Translations under genes and position numbers: made by a program
Shown: in pieces, positions 9,298 through 18,933 of the stretch
How positions within the stretch are numbered: the first letter of the stretch is position 1
Layout: each line of letters starts with the position of its first letter
The notes under the pieces: generated by a model
The model's input: only the letters and a program-made list of their open reading frames with translations
Database searches by the model: none
Told to the model about the DNA's origin: nothing
Origin: a virus
Lineage: Duplodnaviria > Caudoviricetes
Virus record (IMG/VR): IMGVR_UViG_3300037255_000025
Coordinates: 32,001 to 96,000 of that record
DNA: 64,000 nucleotides
Direction: 5' to 3' (one strand)

Positions 9298-9707
9298 TCC
9301 GGCTCCTCGGGGTCGACGACTTCGTCAAAGAGCTTCAGCGCACGCTCCCAGCCGTCTTCTACCGCGGTGGCTTCGACGGCCGCTTCACTGTCGTGGCGGT
9401 TGCTCGCATCGATCCGATCCCTCTTTGCCTCAGCGGCAAGCTCTTGCATGCGATAGTGTAAGCGCACGAGGTGGCCATCTAGCCGATCGCACCGCGATTC
9501 CAACTCATCCACCGTCGCGCTCGAGACGACGGGGGCGCTAGCCGCACCGTAGCGGACTTTCGCGCGCAGGCGCCAAACCTCACCGATGAGCCGCATGAAG
9601 TGACCACGAAGGTGTCCGAGATCGACCCCGTCGGGGTTCTTGCCCGTAAGAGCGTACGCGTCCGCCGCCATGGTGTTGAGTTCGTCTGCTGTGATCGGCT
9701 TCGTCAT
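9294..9707 (-). CDS. hypothetical coiled-coil protein
   Basis: ATG 7 nt after GGGGTAAGGG motif. Confidence 0.6.
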   Translation of the reverse strand: MTKPITADELNTMAADAYALTGKNPDGVDLGHLRGHFMRLIGEVWRLRAKVRYGAASAPVVSSATVDELESRCDRLDGHLVRLHYRMQELAAEAKRDRIDASNRHDSEAAVEATAVEDGWERALKLFDEVVDPEEPE

Positions 9708-9763
9708 GTCGGGTCCCTTACCCCGGCGGCGGAGACTTGCGCCGCCCGCGCCGTTGGGGTTCA

Positions 9764-10915
9764 ATGCCTCGCATGTTTTGCCACAATTACAGCCAGCCCC
9801 ACCCGCGCCTCCGTGGCGTTCGCCTTGCCGCCCCGCACGACGGCTCCGCACCCTCGTTCCCCGACGGGTCGCTGTCGGTACGGCAGATCCTCGGCTCCAT
9901 GGGGTTCACCAAGGACCTCTACAGCACCGCCACGGCGGTCAAGGTCGGCATCGTCTCGCTTGGCGGCGGCGTCGTGATGGCGGACGTCGAGAACACGTGC
10001 CGGTGGTTCGGGTGTGCTGCGCCCCAGAACACCATCGTGCTGGCCCCGGGCGGCGTCGACAACCCCGCGGACCAGGACCCGTCGACCGAGGTCATGCTGG
10101 ACAACGAGGTCGTGATGCAGGTCGTCTGGGACCAGACGGGCAAGCCGGCCACGATCGTCAACTGCTTCGCAGCCAACACGGGCCCCGGCATCGCCCAGGC
10201 GATCGACAAGCTCGTCGAGGCGGGGTGCAGCGTCATCACGATCTCGTGGGGCCAGGCGTACGACCAGTGGGACCCCGCGGACATCGCCACCACCGAGGCT
10301 GCGCTCCAGCGCGCGCACGGCGCCAACGTGAGCGTGTTCGCCGCGAGTGGTGACAACTCGATCGACGACGGCACCGCGTCCCCGACGCCCGACTATCCCG
10401 CGTGCTCCGTGTGGGTCACGAGCGTCGGCGGTGTCTTCGAGCAGCTCGCGGCCGACGGGTCGATCGCACAGCTCACCGCGTGGGGTGACGGCCTGCCGGG
10501 CGACCCCGGCGGTGGCGGTGGCGCGGTCGCGGCCCCCGCCTCGCCTCCCTGGCAGACCGGTATCGTTCCGCCGCCACCCGCGAGCCTCGGGGTCCAGGGA
10601 GCCTTCATCGCCGTGCCGGTGCTGAGCGCGGTCGCAGACCCGAACAGCGGCGTGCAGGGCAGCTTCAACGACGCGCCGAACGTCGTCGGCGGTACCTCGA
10701 TGGCGGCGCCGCTCGTCGCCGCACTCGTCGCGGTCGCCAAGGGCGTCAGCGGTGTCAAGGTCGGCTGCGTCAACGAGATGCTCGGGAAGGCCTACCCGGG
10801 CGCGTTCATCGACGTCGCGCTCGGCAGCGACGGGGTCACGGCGACCGTTGGCTACGACTTCTGCACCGGCATGGGTATCCCGAACGGCCCGAGGTTCGTC
10901 CAGGCCATCTGCTAG
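9764..10915 (+). CDS. S53 (sedolisin/kumamolisin-like) serine peptidase
   Basis: EVMLD (E-x3-D), TISWG, AASGD, VTSVGG, GGTSMAAP, YDFCTGMG. Confidence 0.9.
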   Translation: MPRMFCHNYSQPHPRLRGVRLAAPHDGSAPSFPDGSLSVRQILGSMGFTKDLYSTATAVKVGIVSLGGGVVMADVENTCRWFGCAAPQNTIVLAPGGVDNPADQDPSTEVMLDNEVVMQVVWDQTGKPATIVNCFAANTGPGIAQAIDKLVEAGCSVITISWGQAYDQWDPADIATTEAALQRAHGANVSVFAASGDNSIDDGTASPTPDYPACSVWVTSVGGVFEQLAADGSIAQLTAWGDGLPGDPGGGGGAVAAPASPPWQTGIVPPPPASLGVQGAFIAVPVLSAVADPNSGVQGSFNDAPNVVGGTSMAAPLVAALVAVAKGVSGVKVGCVNEMLGKAYPGAFIDVALGSDGVTATVGYDFCTGMGIPNGPRFVQAIC

Positions 10916-10947
10916 TTGATGGTGCCGACCGTGGTAGGCTCGGGTGG

Positions 10948-11400
10948 ATGGCGACACCCTCGAGCCCCACGGCGACGACCGCACAACAGGCTGCGACGGC
11001 GCTGCGCCTCACGCCAGCACTTCCCCAGGCCAAATTTGGTCTCCTCCGGCCATTGGTCCAAGACCAAGCACGCGACTTCGCCCAGGCTTCGGGTGACGCC
11101 CTGTTGGCGAGCCGCGTCGGCCAAGTCATCGGCTCCGCGGGGGAGTTCCCTTGGCGACCTGACTTGAACGCCAACCTCGACCGCGTGCGGAATGTCGCGG
11201 ACAACTACGCGCTCCAGGAGTTCGCGCGTGCGTACATCAGTCAGGCGCTCCAGGCGTTCCTGCCGTCAGTCGTGGCCGTTGCGGTCTCGGCCGCGAAGAC
11301 CAACCGGACGCTCTTGCTGACCGTGACGTGTACGCGATTGGTCGACCTTAACCGCGTGCCCGCCAAGACCTTCACGTCAACCGTGTCGCTGTCGCTGTAG
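10948..11400 (+). CDS. gp25/gpW-like baseplate wedge protein
   Basis: GLLRP..DFA...GEFPWRPD; size and context. Confidence 0.65.
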   Translation: MATPSSPTATTAQQAATALRLTPALPQAKFGLLRPLVQDQARDFAQASGDALLASRVGQVIGSAGEFPWRPDLNANLDRVRNVADNYALQEFARAYISQALQAFLPSVVAVAVSAAKTNRTLLLTVTCTRLVDLNRVPAKTFTSTVSLSL

Positions 11401-11425
11401 CGTCCGTGTGATAGGCTGCGCTGCC

Positions 11426-11896
11426 ATGAAGCTCACGAACATCCGTTTCGCTCCCATCCTGGTGCTTTCGAGCGCCCTGACGATCTGCCTGACCGCCACG
11501 GGCTGCAACCTCCCCGCCGCGACCGTCATCTCCGACATCGAGGCGGGCGTGTCCGACGCTGGACTCGCGCTCCAGGGCGTCATCACGGTCGTCGACGGCA
11601 TTCTGGCCGCGCACCCGAACCCCGCGGTTCAAGCCGACTTCACCAAGGTCGCGGCCGTCGCGACCGAGGCCCTCCAGGGGCTCGACGCCGCGCTCGCCGG
11701 GGCCACCAGCATCTCGGACGCCAACGTCCAGGCCGCGCTCGCCAACTTCTACCAGGCGTACCAGGCGCTGATGACGATCGCGGGCCAACTCGGGGTCCAG
11801 ACGGCCGGCACGCCCGCGGCCAATTTCGCGCGCCCCGCCGGCACCGCCATCGTCTACGTCAAGGCGCCACGCATCTTCGCGCACCTCAAGCACTGA
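11426..11896 (+). CDS. putative lipoprotein
   Basis: Signal peptide ending LTATG-C. Confidence 0.6.
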   Translation: MKLTNIRFAPILVLSSALTICLTATGCNLPAATVISDIEAGVSDAGLALQGVITVVDGILAAHPNPAVQADFTKVAAVATEALQGLDAALAGATSISDANVQAALANFYQAYQALMTIAGQLGVQTAGTPAANFARPAGTAIVYVKAPRIFAHLKH

Positions 11897-11978
11897 GGCG
11901 GCGAAGCCGGACGCGGCAAGGCCGACAGCGGCAAAGCCGAAGCTTCGCGCGGAAGGCGAGGTGCGCTACGCTGCGCAC

Positions 11979-12413
11979 ATGAAGCCCTCTCAGCACCGCG
12001 CCTCGGCGCTGCTCTTCGTCTCGGTCTGCGCCCTCGCGGCGGTCCTGACCTCCAACCCCAGCCTCGCCCAGACCGCCATCACGCCGACGCCCACGAGCGG
12101 TGGCGGGCTCAGCCCCGACCTGTTCGTGACGCTGTGCGCGCTCGGCGCCGCCATCAGCCTCGGTCTCCAGCACGCGCTCCAGGCGGGCAACTGGCCCCCG
12201 GGCGTCACGCTCTCGCCGATGGTCCGCGCGCTCGTCGCGACGCTGCCCGGCGTCGGTGCCATCATCTTCGTGACCGCGCAGAACAGCGGCCACTTCGACC
12301 AGCACGCGTTGGCGGCGGGTCTGATGGGTGCCGTCGGTGCACTCCAGGGCCTGTTCAACGCCTGGTGGCCCACGGCTTCGGGCGCGACGCCGGCCGTCGG
12401 CAAGGGGTCCTGA
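11979..12413 (+). CDS. membrane protein, holin-like
   Basis: 3-4 hydrophobic segments. Confidence 0.5.
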   Translation: MKPSQHRASALLFVSVCALAAVLTSNPSLAQTAITPTPTSGGGLSPDLFVTLCALGAAISLGLQHALQAGNWPPGVTLSPMVRALVATLPGVGAIIFVTAQNSGHFDQHALAAGLMGAVGALQGLFNAWWPTASGATPAVGKGS

Positions 12414-12415
12414 CG

Positions 12416-12610
12416 ATGACCGGCATCCACAGCACTCCGACCTTCCCGCCGCCGCCCACGCGCGTCGTCAAGGCCCGGGCGAACCTCACGATCGGCGTGC
12501 TCAACATGCCGCGTGAGGTCCTGCGCTTCTTCGCCGAAACCTTCCGGGTCGGTCCGTTCTCGCCGACGCCCGAGCTGCGCGCGGCCTTCGAGCACCACCC
12601 GCTGGGCTGA
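12416..12610 (+). CDS. hypothetical protein
   Basis: ATG 2 nt after upstream stop. Confidence 0.4.
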   Translation: MTGIHSTPTFPPPPTRVVKARANLTIGVLNMPREVLRFFAETFRVGPFSPTPELRAAFEHHPLG

Positions 12611-12639
12611 ACCCGCCCACGCGGGGGTAAGGGGCGGAC

Positions 12640-13194
12640 GTGCCCATCAACCGCCTCCTAATTCTGGACGTCGAGACCGCAGGCGTCACGCCACAGAGCG
12701 CCTGCATCGAAGTTGCGGTGTCGGTGTTCGACGTGCCCCACGCGTCCGTCGTCCGATCGTTCTCGTCGCTCATCCGCGGCGACCGCAACCAAGCCTTCCA
12801 CGTCAACCAGATCCACGAGCGCCTCCTGCAAGACGCGCCGCTGCCCGACGCGGTCTGGTCTGCGGTCGCGCGCTCAGTTGAACGGTGCGAGGCGATCGTG
12901 AGCCACAACGCTAACTTTGACCGCCGTTACGTCCCGACTGAGGTCGTCGCGGGGCGCCCGTGGTTCTGTAGCTGCTACGACTTCGCCTGGCCCGCAGCGC
13001 TCAAGGCGGGCTCAAGCCTCAGCGCGCTCGCCCGAGACCACAGCGTCCCGCTTGGCGGGGTCCACCGGGCCGCGGCCGACGTCGACACGCTTGCGCGCCT
13101 CTTCGCGCACGTCGACCGCGTTTCCAACCTCACGCAGCTCATCGACCGCGCACTCGCGAAGGCTGCGGGCCGGTCTAAAAGGCCTGCCCCGTAG
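12640..13194 (+). CDS. DEDDh 3'-5' exonuclease (DnaQ-like)
   Basis: LDVET, SHNANFD, HRAAAD. Confidence 0.9.
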   Translation: MPINRLLILDVETAGVTPQSACIEVAVSVFDVPHASVVRSFSSLIRGDRNQAFHVNQIHERLLQDAPLPDAVWSAVARSVERCEAIVSHNANFDRRYVPTEVVAGRPWFCSCYDFAWPAALKAGSSLSALARDHSVPLGGVHRAAADVDTLARLFAHVDRVSNLTQLIDRALAKAAGRSKRPAP

Positions 13195-14968
13195 TCGGAT
13201 TCAAAAGCTGGATCGCGCCGATCTGTGGGAACTGATACGCCGCCAGCGCGACGTCGGTCCGCGCGCCGTTGAGCAAGAACCCGCTGGGCCCCGGGTCTAG
13301 CTTCAGTACCCCCGTGACGCTGCCGACGAGGTCGAACAGAACGGACCAACTGAAGACCCCCGTGGGGTTGCCGTTTTGGTCCAAGGTCTTGGCCCCGAAG
13401 TCGATCATGGGGTTCAGCGACCCGTCTGGCAGGCTCGGCGCGAAGAACGCCGTCAGGGCCGCGCGGATCGCCGCGCCGACGACCAGCGGCGCGGCCCCCT
13501 TGGCGAGATACACGAGCGCCGAGACGTTGATCGTCAGGTAGTCCACACCGAGCCAGCGGATCGGGAACGCGTTGGGTTTCGGGTAGGCCGGCGCCGGGTA
13601 GCCCACGACGGGCGTCGACTGCGCCAAGACCTGCTGGAGCAACAGCGGCGTCGGCTGCCCCCCGCCGGTCGGTACGATGAAGCCGCAACCGGAGTTCCAT
13701 GGGACCAACGGACTCTCGGTCGCGGTCAGGAACAAGGACCGCAGGACCCCCGGCGTCAGGTTCGCGACGGTCTCGTAGTCGCTGTTGGCGACGCAGCGGT
13801 TCGCGACCGTAAGCGACGCCGGGGCAAGCTGCTGGATCTGCGCGACGCTGTAGCGGTCGGCGCCCGGGGTCGAGGCCTCGTTCGTGACCGTGAGCGAGAC
13901 GGGATTGTTGTCCCCGTCGACAGGCGACGAGGGCCCGACCGTCAGGGCCCCGGCGGCGACCGCGCCCGCCGTGCCGCCGCCGGTCTTGTACGCGGCCGTG
14001 ATGGTGCCGCTGGGGATCGCGCCCGTGACACCGTTACCGAACGTGACGAGGCACCGGTCGAGGTTGTCCACCGTGGTGGTGAAGACGTGGTCCGTGGGCA
14101 ACGCCGACAGGAAGTTCGGCACCTCGTACCAACCTCCGGGGTTCTCCACGGCGTCGTACGGACCCGTCACGGCGTCGGTCACCAGAAGCGACGCGTCCAA
14201 GTAGGGCGTCTGGGTCAGGAGGAACTGCTGGTTCGCTGCACCCGAGCTGGTGAAGGTGTCCTGCTTGACCGCGCTGTTCTCGACCGTGCCGGAGCCGATG
14301 GCCCAGATGGCGCCTCCGGTCGCGAGCGTGCCGGCGCCGCCGGTGCACTCGTTGAACGAGGGCGTACCGCCGCCCGTGACGCTCGTGTACGAGACGACCT
14401 GCTTGCCCACGGAGGACGTGACGTTGATCTGGCCTGACGCGGCGTAGCCTTCGGTCGTGGCGGCGTAGATGACGCCCGCGGGCAACGCGACGCCGTTCGA
14501 CCCCGTCGCGATGGTCGTACCCGCGGGCAGCACGATGGTCTCGAGGAGCTGGTAGACGATGGGGGTCGGAGACGACGACGTCGAGACCGAGATGCCCGAT
14601 GTTCCCTCCACGAAGTCCGCGCCCAAGAACGTGACGGGCGCCGCCGGGGACGCCGCGAGCGCGAACGTTTCGACCGCCTGAGCCGCGACCGCGCCGGGCA
14701 CGCGGAACCCGATGAGCTTGACCAAACCGAGCAGGCCGCGCCGCTGGGTCGCGGTCGTGATCCGGGCCTCGCGACCGATGAGCCGCAGGTAGTACGCCAG
14801 GATGTCCGAGACCCACGCGTTGCTCTCGAGCAGCAGCGTCGCCATCTCGGCAAGGCTGTCGAGTTCCAGGTTGGGGAAGACGCTCTGGCAGAGCTGGATG
14901 AGCCGCGTCCGGATCGACTGGAATTCCAGTTCGGTGTAGCTTGGCGAGGGGCTCTGTAGAAAGCTCAC
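13175..14968 (-). CDS. Baseplate J / gp6-like wedge protein
   Basis: YTELEFQSIR, TATQRR..KLIGF, VTFGNGVTGAIP, YKTGGG, NRCVANSDYE. Confidence 0.88.
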   Translation of the reverse strand: MSFLQSPSPSYTELEFQSIRTRLIQLCQSVFPNLELDSLAEMATLLLESNAWVSDILAYYLRLIGREARITTATQRRGLLGLVKLIGFRVPGAVAAQAVETFALAASPAAPVTFLGADFVEGTSGISVSTSSSPTPIVYQLLETIVLPAGTTIATGSNGVALPAGVIYAATTEGYAASGQINVTSSVGKQVVSYTSVTGGGTPSFNECTGGAGTLATGGAIWAIGSGTVENSAVKQDTFTSSGAANQQFLLTQTPYLDASLLVTDAVTGPYDAVENPGGWYEVPNFLSALPTDHVFTTTVDNLDRCLVTFGNGVTGAIPSGTITAAYKTGGGTAGAVAAGALTVGPSSPVDGDNNPVSLTVTNEASTPGADRYSVAQIQQLAPASLTVANRCVANSDYETVANLTPGVLRSLFLTATESPLVPWNSGCGFIVPTGGGQPTPLLLQQVLAQSTPVVGYPAPAYPKPNAFPIRWLGVDYLTINVSALVYLAKGAAPLVVGAAIRAALTAFFAPSLPDGSLNPMIDFGAKTLDQNGNPTGVFSWSVLFDLVGSVTGVLKLDPGPSGFLLNGARTDVALAAYQFPQIGAIQLLNPTTGQAF

Positions 14969-15036
14969 GTGGGCAGCCTACCTGCTCCTCGCCCGCGCGT
15001 CGCGCTCACCGTGATAGGCTGGCGCCTCCACCGCCC

Positions 15037-17490
15037 ATGGCCGCGCCCACAAATCTGAATTTCAGCACCCCTGGCGCCGCGCCGGGAACAGCGGCCGGCT
15101 GGCAGGCGAACATCTCCAACGGCGGTGTCGTCCTAGCCGACTTCCGCGGGACGCTCCCCGGCCCGACCGGCTTCGAGGACTTCAGCCATGACTGGGGCAA
15201 CGGCGAGGGGATTTTCCCCCCGTGGGTCGGCGGCGAGGTCTACCCGGCGGCGTTCTTCGCCACGTCGAGCGGCAACCTGTACCAGTCGCTCAACGCCGGA
15301 ACGTCCTCGGCGGTGAATACTGGGCCGAGCGGGACCGGCACGTTCGTCGACAACCCCGGGCTGTACCAGGTCGCCTGGCTCTACGTCGGACCCGTCGCGG
15401 TGCCGCCATTCGTTCCGGACAACCAAGACTGGTCTGGAACGATCCTGCTTCCTTCGCCCGCGCTCTTCGACGCGACCCCGGTCGTCTACGACGGCAGCAC
15501 CTACGCGGGCCGCCCAGGCGGCCAGCCCATCGAGGACTTCAGCTTCAACTGGTTGAACGACGCAAGCCTCGGCGGGACCACGCCCCTGCGTATCTACTGG
15601 TACCAACTTGACCTCGCCGAGGGAGCAAGTTTCTGCGCCGCGACGCCCCCGGAGGTCTTGCCCGCCTGGACCCCCTCGACGGTCTACGCGAAGGGTCAGG
15701 AGGTCTTGGCCAACGGCGGCGTATGGCTCGTCGTCCTGACGGCTGGCACCGGAACCTCTGCCGCGCTCGGCATCGGGCCCATCCGGGTCTCGGGTCCGAC
15801 CTACCTCGACAACCGCGGCACGAACCAGATCACGTGGCTCTATCTGTCGGCGACTGCGAACCCGCCGGCCAACCCCGTCGAGGACTTCGCCCACGGCTGG
15901 CTTGGCGCTGAGGGCGAGTTCCCACCGTGGTCGCCCGAGACCGCATACCTCGCGGGCGACTTCGCCGTGTCGAACGGCAACGTCTACCAGGCACTCAACG
16001 CCGGCACGTCCGCCCCGCTCGGCCCGGGCCCCGTCGGCACTAGCGCGTTCATCGACAACCCCGGGACGGACCAGATCGTTTGGGGCTACGTCGAGGCGAA
16101 TCCGACGGGTGCGACCCCGATCGACGTCAGCTCGGTCGCCAACGCCGACCCAGTTATCCTGACGCTCGTCGCCGACCACGGCGTCCAGACCGGCCAGCCA
16201 TTCGAGGTCTTCGTGACCGGCGTGACCGGCTGCACGGCCGCCAACGGCCTGTGGTCGGGCAACCTCGCCGCGACCGCGACGAGCCCGACCGCGCTGTCGC
16301 TCCCGACGCAGGGCAACGCCGCGGGTTCAGGCGGGAGCGCGCTGCTCCAGACGACGTTCGAGACCCTGTACCGGCCGCCCTCGTGGGAGACCGTGACGCC
16401 TTACGCAGCCGCCGCGGCGGTCCTGTCACGCGGCTACTGGTACCAGGCGAACGCTGCAGGCCTCTCCGGCTTCAGCAACACGGGCCCCATCGGACCGGTG
16501 TTCATCGACACGCCGCCGCCGCCTTGGGCCCCCCGGAGGAACTACGTGTTGGGATCGACCGTGACCTCGAGCGGCAACTGGTACATCGCGTCAGGGATCT
16601 CGGGCTCGGGCCTCTCGGGCCTCATCGCGCCCGTGGGCAGTGGAACGTTCGTCGATGGACAGGTCACATGGGCTTTTGAGACCGCAGCACCAACGACGCC
16701 ACCGATCGTCTGGACACGACTACGCGCGGCCCCGGTCGGGCCGTTGTACGGGGCTCGCGTGGCCGTCTTCGGCACGGACCCGGCCGAATACTTCGAGTTC
16801 GGATGGGGCGTTGTTCCGTACTACACGGGCCTGGAAAACCCCGCCATCGCGACATTTTACGGGTACGAGTCGGGCATTTCCCCGTCTCCCGCGCTCGTGG
16901 GAAACAGCGCGCTCACGACCGAAACGTTCACGCCGCTTCTCCAGACGCCCACCATGATTGCGCTCGTCGACATTGGCGCCAACTTGATCTCACTCGCGCC
17001 CGGGAAGCACCTCCCGGACGGCGCGCACGTGACGTTCGCCGCGACGCCGCCGTACTCAGCCTACAGCGTCACGTATCCCCTGCCGATCGTACCCGCGGCC
17101 TCCTACGTCGTGTGGAACGCCGCGCCCGCGCTCGGTCTCGACCGTCTCAACGTCGGCGACGACAGTGCCGCGACCTCGACGGCAGTCTCCTCGACCGAGG
17201 GCGGTTTCTTTGGCTCCACGGTGGTGGTAACCACCACACCCCACGGGCTGTCGGACGGCTGCACGGTCTTCATCGCCAACAACCAACCGTTCGCTGGCGT
17301 GAACGGCTTCTGGACCGCCACCGTTTTGGACGCGACGCACTTCACCGTGCCGGTCTCAAGCTCATCCGACACCATGAGCACGTCAGGCTTCGTAACCGGG
17401 CCGATCACGCCTGTCGTGCTCCAGACGACCGGCGCGGGTCAGCTCACGCTCGTTGGCGACCCCGGTTGGGACTGGCCCGCGCCAGGCTAG
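15037..17490 (+). CDS. virion/tail appendage protein with CBM5/12-like repeats
   Basis: Five P.W....Y..G..V...G..Y units, EDF..W repeats, TTTPHGL modules. Confidence 0.7.
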   Translation: MAAPTNLNFSTPGAAPGTAAGWQANISNGGVVLADFRGTLPGPTGFEDFSHDWGNGEGIFPPWVGGEVYPAAFFATSSGNLYQSLNAGTSSAVNTGPSGTGTFVDNPGLYQVAWLYVGPVAVPPFVPDNQDWSGTILLPSPALFDATPVVYDGSTYAGRPGGQPIEDFSFNWLNDASLGGTTPLRIYWYQLDLAEGASFCAATPPEVLPAWTPSTVYAKGQEVLANGGVWLVVLTAGTGTSAALGIGPIRVSGPTYLDNRGTNQITWLYLSATANPPANPVEDFAHGWLGAEGEFPPWSPETAYLAGDFAVSNGNVYQALNAGTSAPLGPGPVGTSAFIDNPGTDQIVWGYVEANPTGATPIDVSSVANADPVILTLVADHGVQTGQPFEVFVTGVTGCTAANGLWSGNLAATATSPTALSLPTQGNAAGSGGSALLQTTFETLYRPPSWETVTPYAAAAAVLSRGYWYQANAAGLSGFSNTGPIGPVFIDTPPPPWAPRRNYVLGSTVTSSGNWYIASGISGSGLSGLIAPVGSGTFVDGQVTWAFETAAPTTPPIVWTRLRAAPVGPLYGARVAVFGTDPAEYFEFGWGVVPYYTGLENPAIATFYGYESGISPSPALVGNSALTTETFTPLLQTPTMIALVDIGANLISLAPGKHLPDGAHVTFAATPPYSAYSVTYPLPIVPAASYVVWNAAPALGLDRLNVGDDSAATSTAVSSTEGGFFGSTVVVTTTPHGLSDGCTVFIANNQPFAGVNGFWTATVLDATHFTVPVSSSSDTMSTSGFVTGPITPVVLQTTGAGQLTLVGDPGWDWPAPG

Positions 17491-17522
17491 TCTGCTGTAG
17501 CTGCGTACTCGTAGCGCATGTT

Positions 17523-18038
17523 TCACCCCCCTTGGCCAAACAACTTGGCCTCGTTCTCAAGCATTGCAGCCGCTACTACCCACCGCGGGAGTGCCGCCAG
17601 GGTCGCGTCGTACGCCGCCGCCGCGCGTTCCAATCGGCCAGCCATGACCGCGTGGTAGGCGTAGCTCGCGTCGTAGACGCCATGCGTTCTGTGCTCGGCT
17701 ACGGCGCGCCGGGCGCTTGCGGCGTTTTCAAGCGCAACCAAGGCGCGGCGGCCTGCCGCGTTGTCGTCGAACTCGAACACGTGCGCGTGACGATCTGCGG
17801 CGATGCGCGCCCGGTACAGCGCCGCGCGTGTCTTGTTCCACGGGACCGACACCAACTCCGGCAAGAGCCCAAGCACCGCCGCCGCTCGCAGGCGGTGCGT
17901 ACCCTCGCGTGCGTGCCAGACCCCTACCTCCGCATCGTAGAAGGCTCGGATCTTCGGGGCGCCCCGACGGCGCATCTCGACGACGACGTGGTCGAGGTGG
18001 TCCTGCCGGAAGTAGCCGTGCAGCGGGTTGACGACCAT
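17523..18038 (-). CDS. ParB/Srx-like domain protein
   Basis: GAPKIRA...EGTHRLRAA. Confidence 0.55.
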   Translation of the reverse strand: MVVNPLHGYFRQDHLDHVVVEMRRRGAPKIRAFYDAEVGVWHAREGTHRLRAAAVLGLLPELVSVPWNKTRAALYRARIAADRHAHVFEFDDNAAGRRALVALENAASARRAVAEHRTHGVYDASYAYHAVMAGRLERAAAAYDATLAALPRWVVAAAMLENEAKLFGQGG

Positions 18039-18148
18039 CGCGAGTACCTTCCCCCGCCGCCGGTGCGTTCGCCGCTAGGTCTCGCGCCCCCAATCGCGTA
18101 GACTCCCCACATGGTCGCTGTCGTTACCACCAAGGGTTTGGTCTGAAC

Positions 18149-18895
18149 ATGGGCGCGACCGATTGGTCCGAGCTGTCCGACAACGCCCTACAGGCGAACG
18201 TCCCGCACGGCGTCATCAACGCGGCGGCGATCGGCGGAAGTCCGCCGGGCAGCGGCAGTTCGTTCGTCTACGCCATGAACAGCGCGATCAACAGCGCCGC
18301 CGTCGTCGCGAGCTACACGACCGTCTCGGGATTCAGCCCCGTGGCCAAGGGCGCTTCAATCTCGGGGGCGATCCAGCGCTGCGTCAGCGGCGGACCCTCG
18401 GGCTGGAGCGTCTGGCTTTTCGCCGCGCTCCAAGGCGGCAGCTCACTCTTCAGCGCGTACGCGCTCGGCCTCGCCGACGGGGGCACCGGGGCCCACATCG
18501 TGCTCCAGCGCGCACCTCTGTCGTTCGGCATGGCCGACAACGCCCCCGGTACGGCCAACTCCGGCACGCTCGCACGCGGCACCGCGACCTACCCGCCCGG
18601 CACCTGGGTCCAGCTCATGCTCGAGGTCGTGTGCAACACCAACGGGGACGTGGTGTTGAACTGCTACCAGAACGACCTCACGGTCGTGGACGCCAGCGTC
18701 CAGACGCCCACGTGGGCCCCGGTCCCCGGGATCTCGCAGTTCATCGACGACGCCGTGGGGGCGAACGTCAGCAACCTGCTGGCGCAGAACCCCCAGTCGC
18801 CGCTCGCACCGGGCTTTGTGGGCTGGGGGATGCAAAGTTCCCAGGCCGCGCGCCGCGCGGCCATTTCGACCGTACAGATCGCCGCGCAGTTGTAG
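18149..18895 (+). CDS. virion structural protein (beta-rich)
   Basis: Gly/Ser/Ala beta-rich ORF in tail module. Confidence 0.6.
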   Translation: MGATDWSELSDNALQANVPHGVINAAAIGGSPPGSGSSFVYAMNSAINSAAVVASYTTVSGFSPVAKGASISGAIQRCVSGGPSGWSVWLFAALQGGSSLFSAYALGLADGGTGAHIVLQRAPLSFGMADNAPGTANSGTLARGTATYPPGTWVQLMLEVVCNTNGDVVLNCYQNDLTVVDASVQTPTWAPVPGISQFIDDAVGANVSNLLAQNPQSPLAPGFVGWGMQSSQAARRAAISTVQIAAQL

Positions 18896-18933
18896 CGCTC
18901 GCCCGCTCACCCCAGACCGTGTAACCTGCTGTC

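Noticed and set aside
13175-14968. Invertase-controlled switch
   Set aside because: No flanking inverted repeats or site-specific recombinase found by eye
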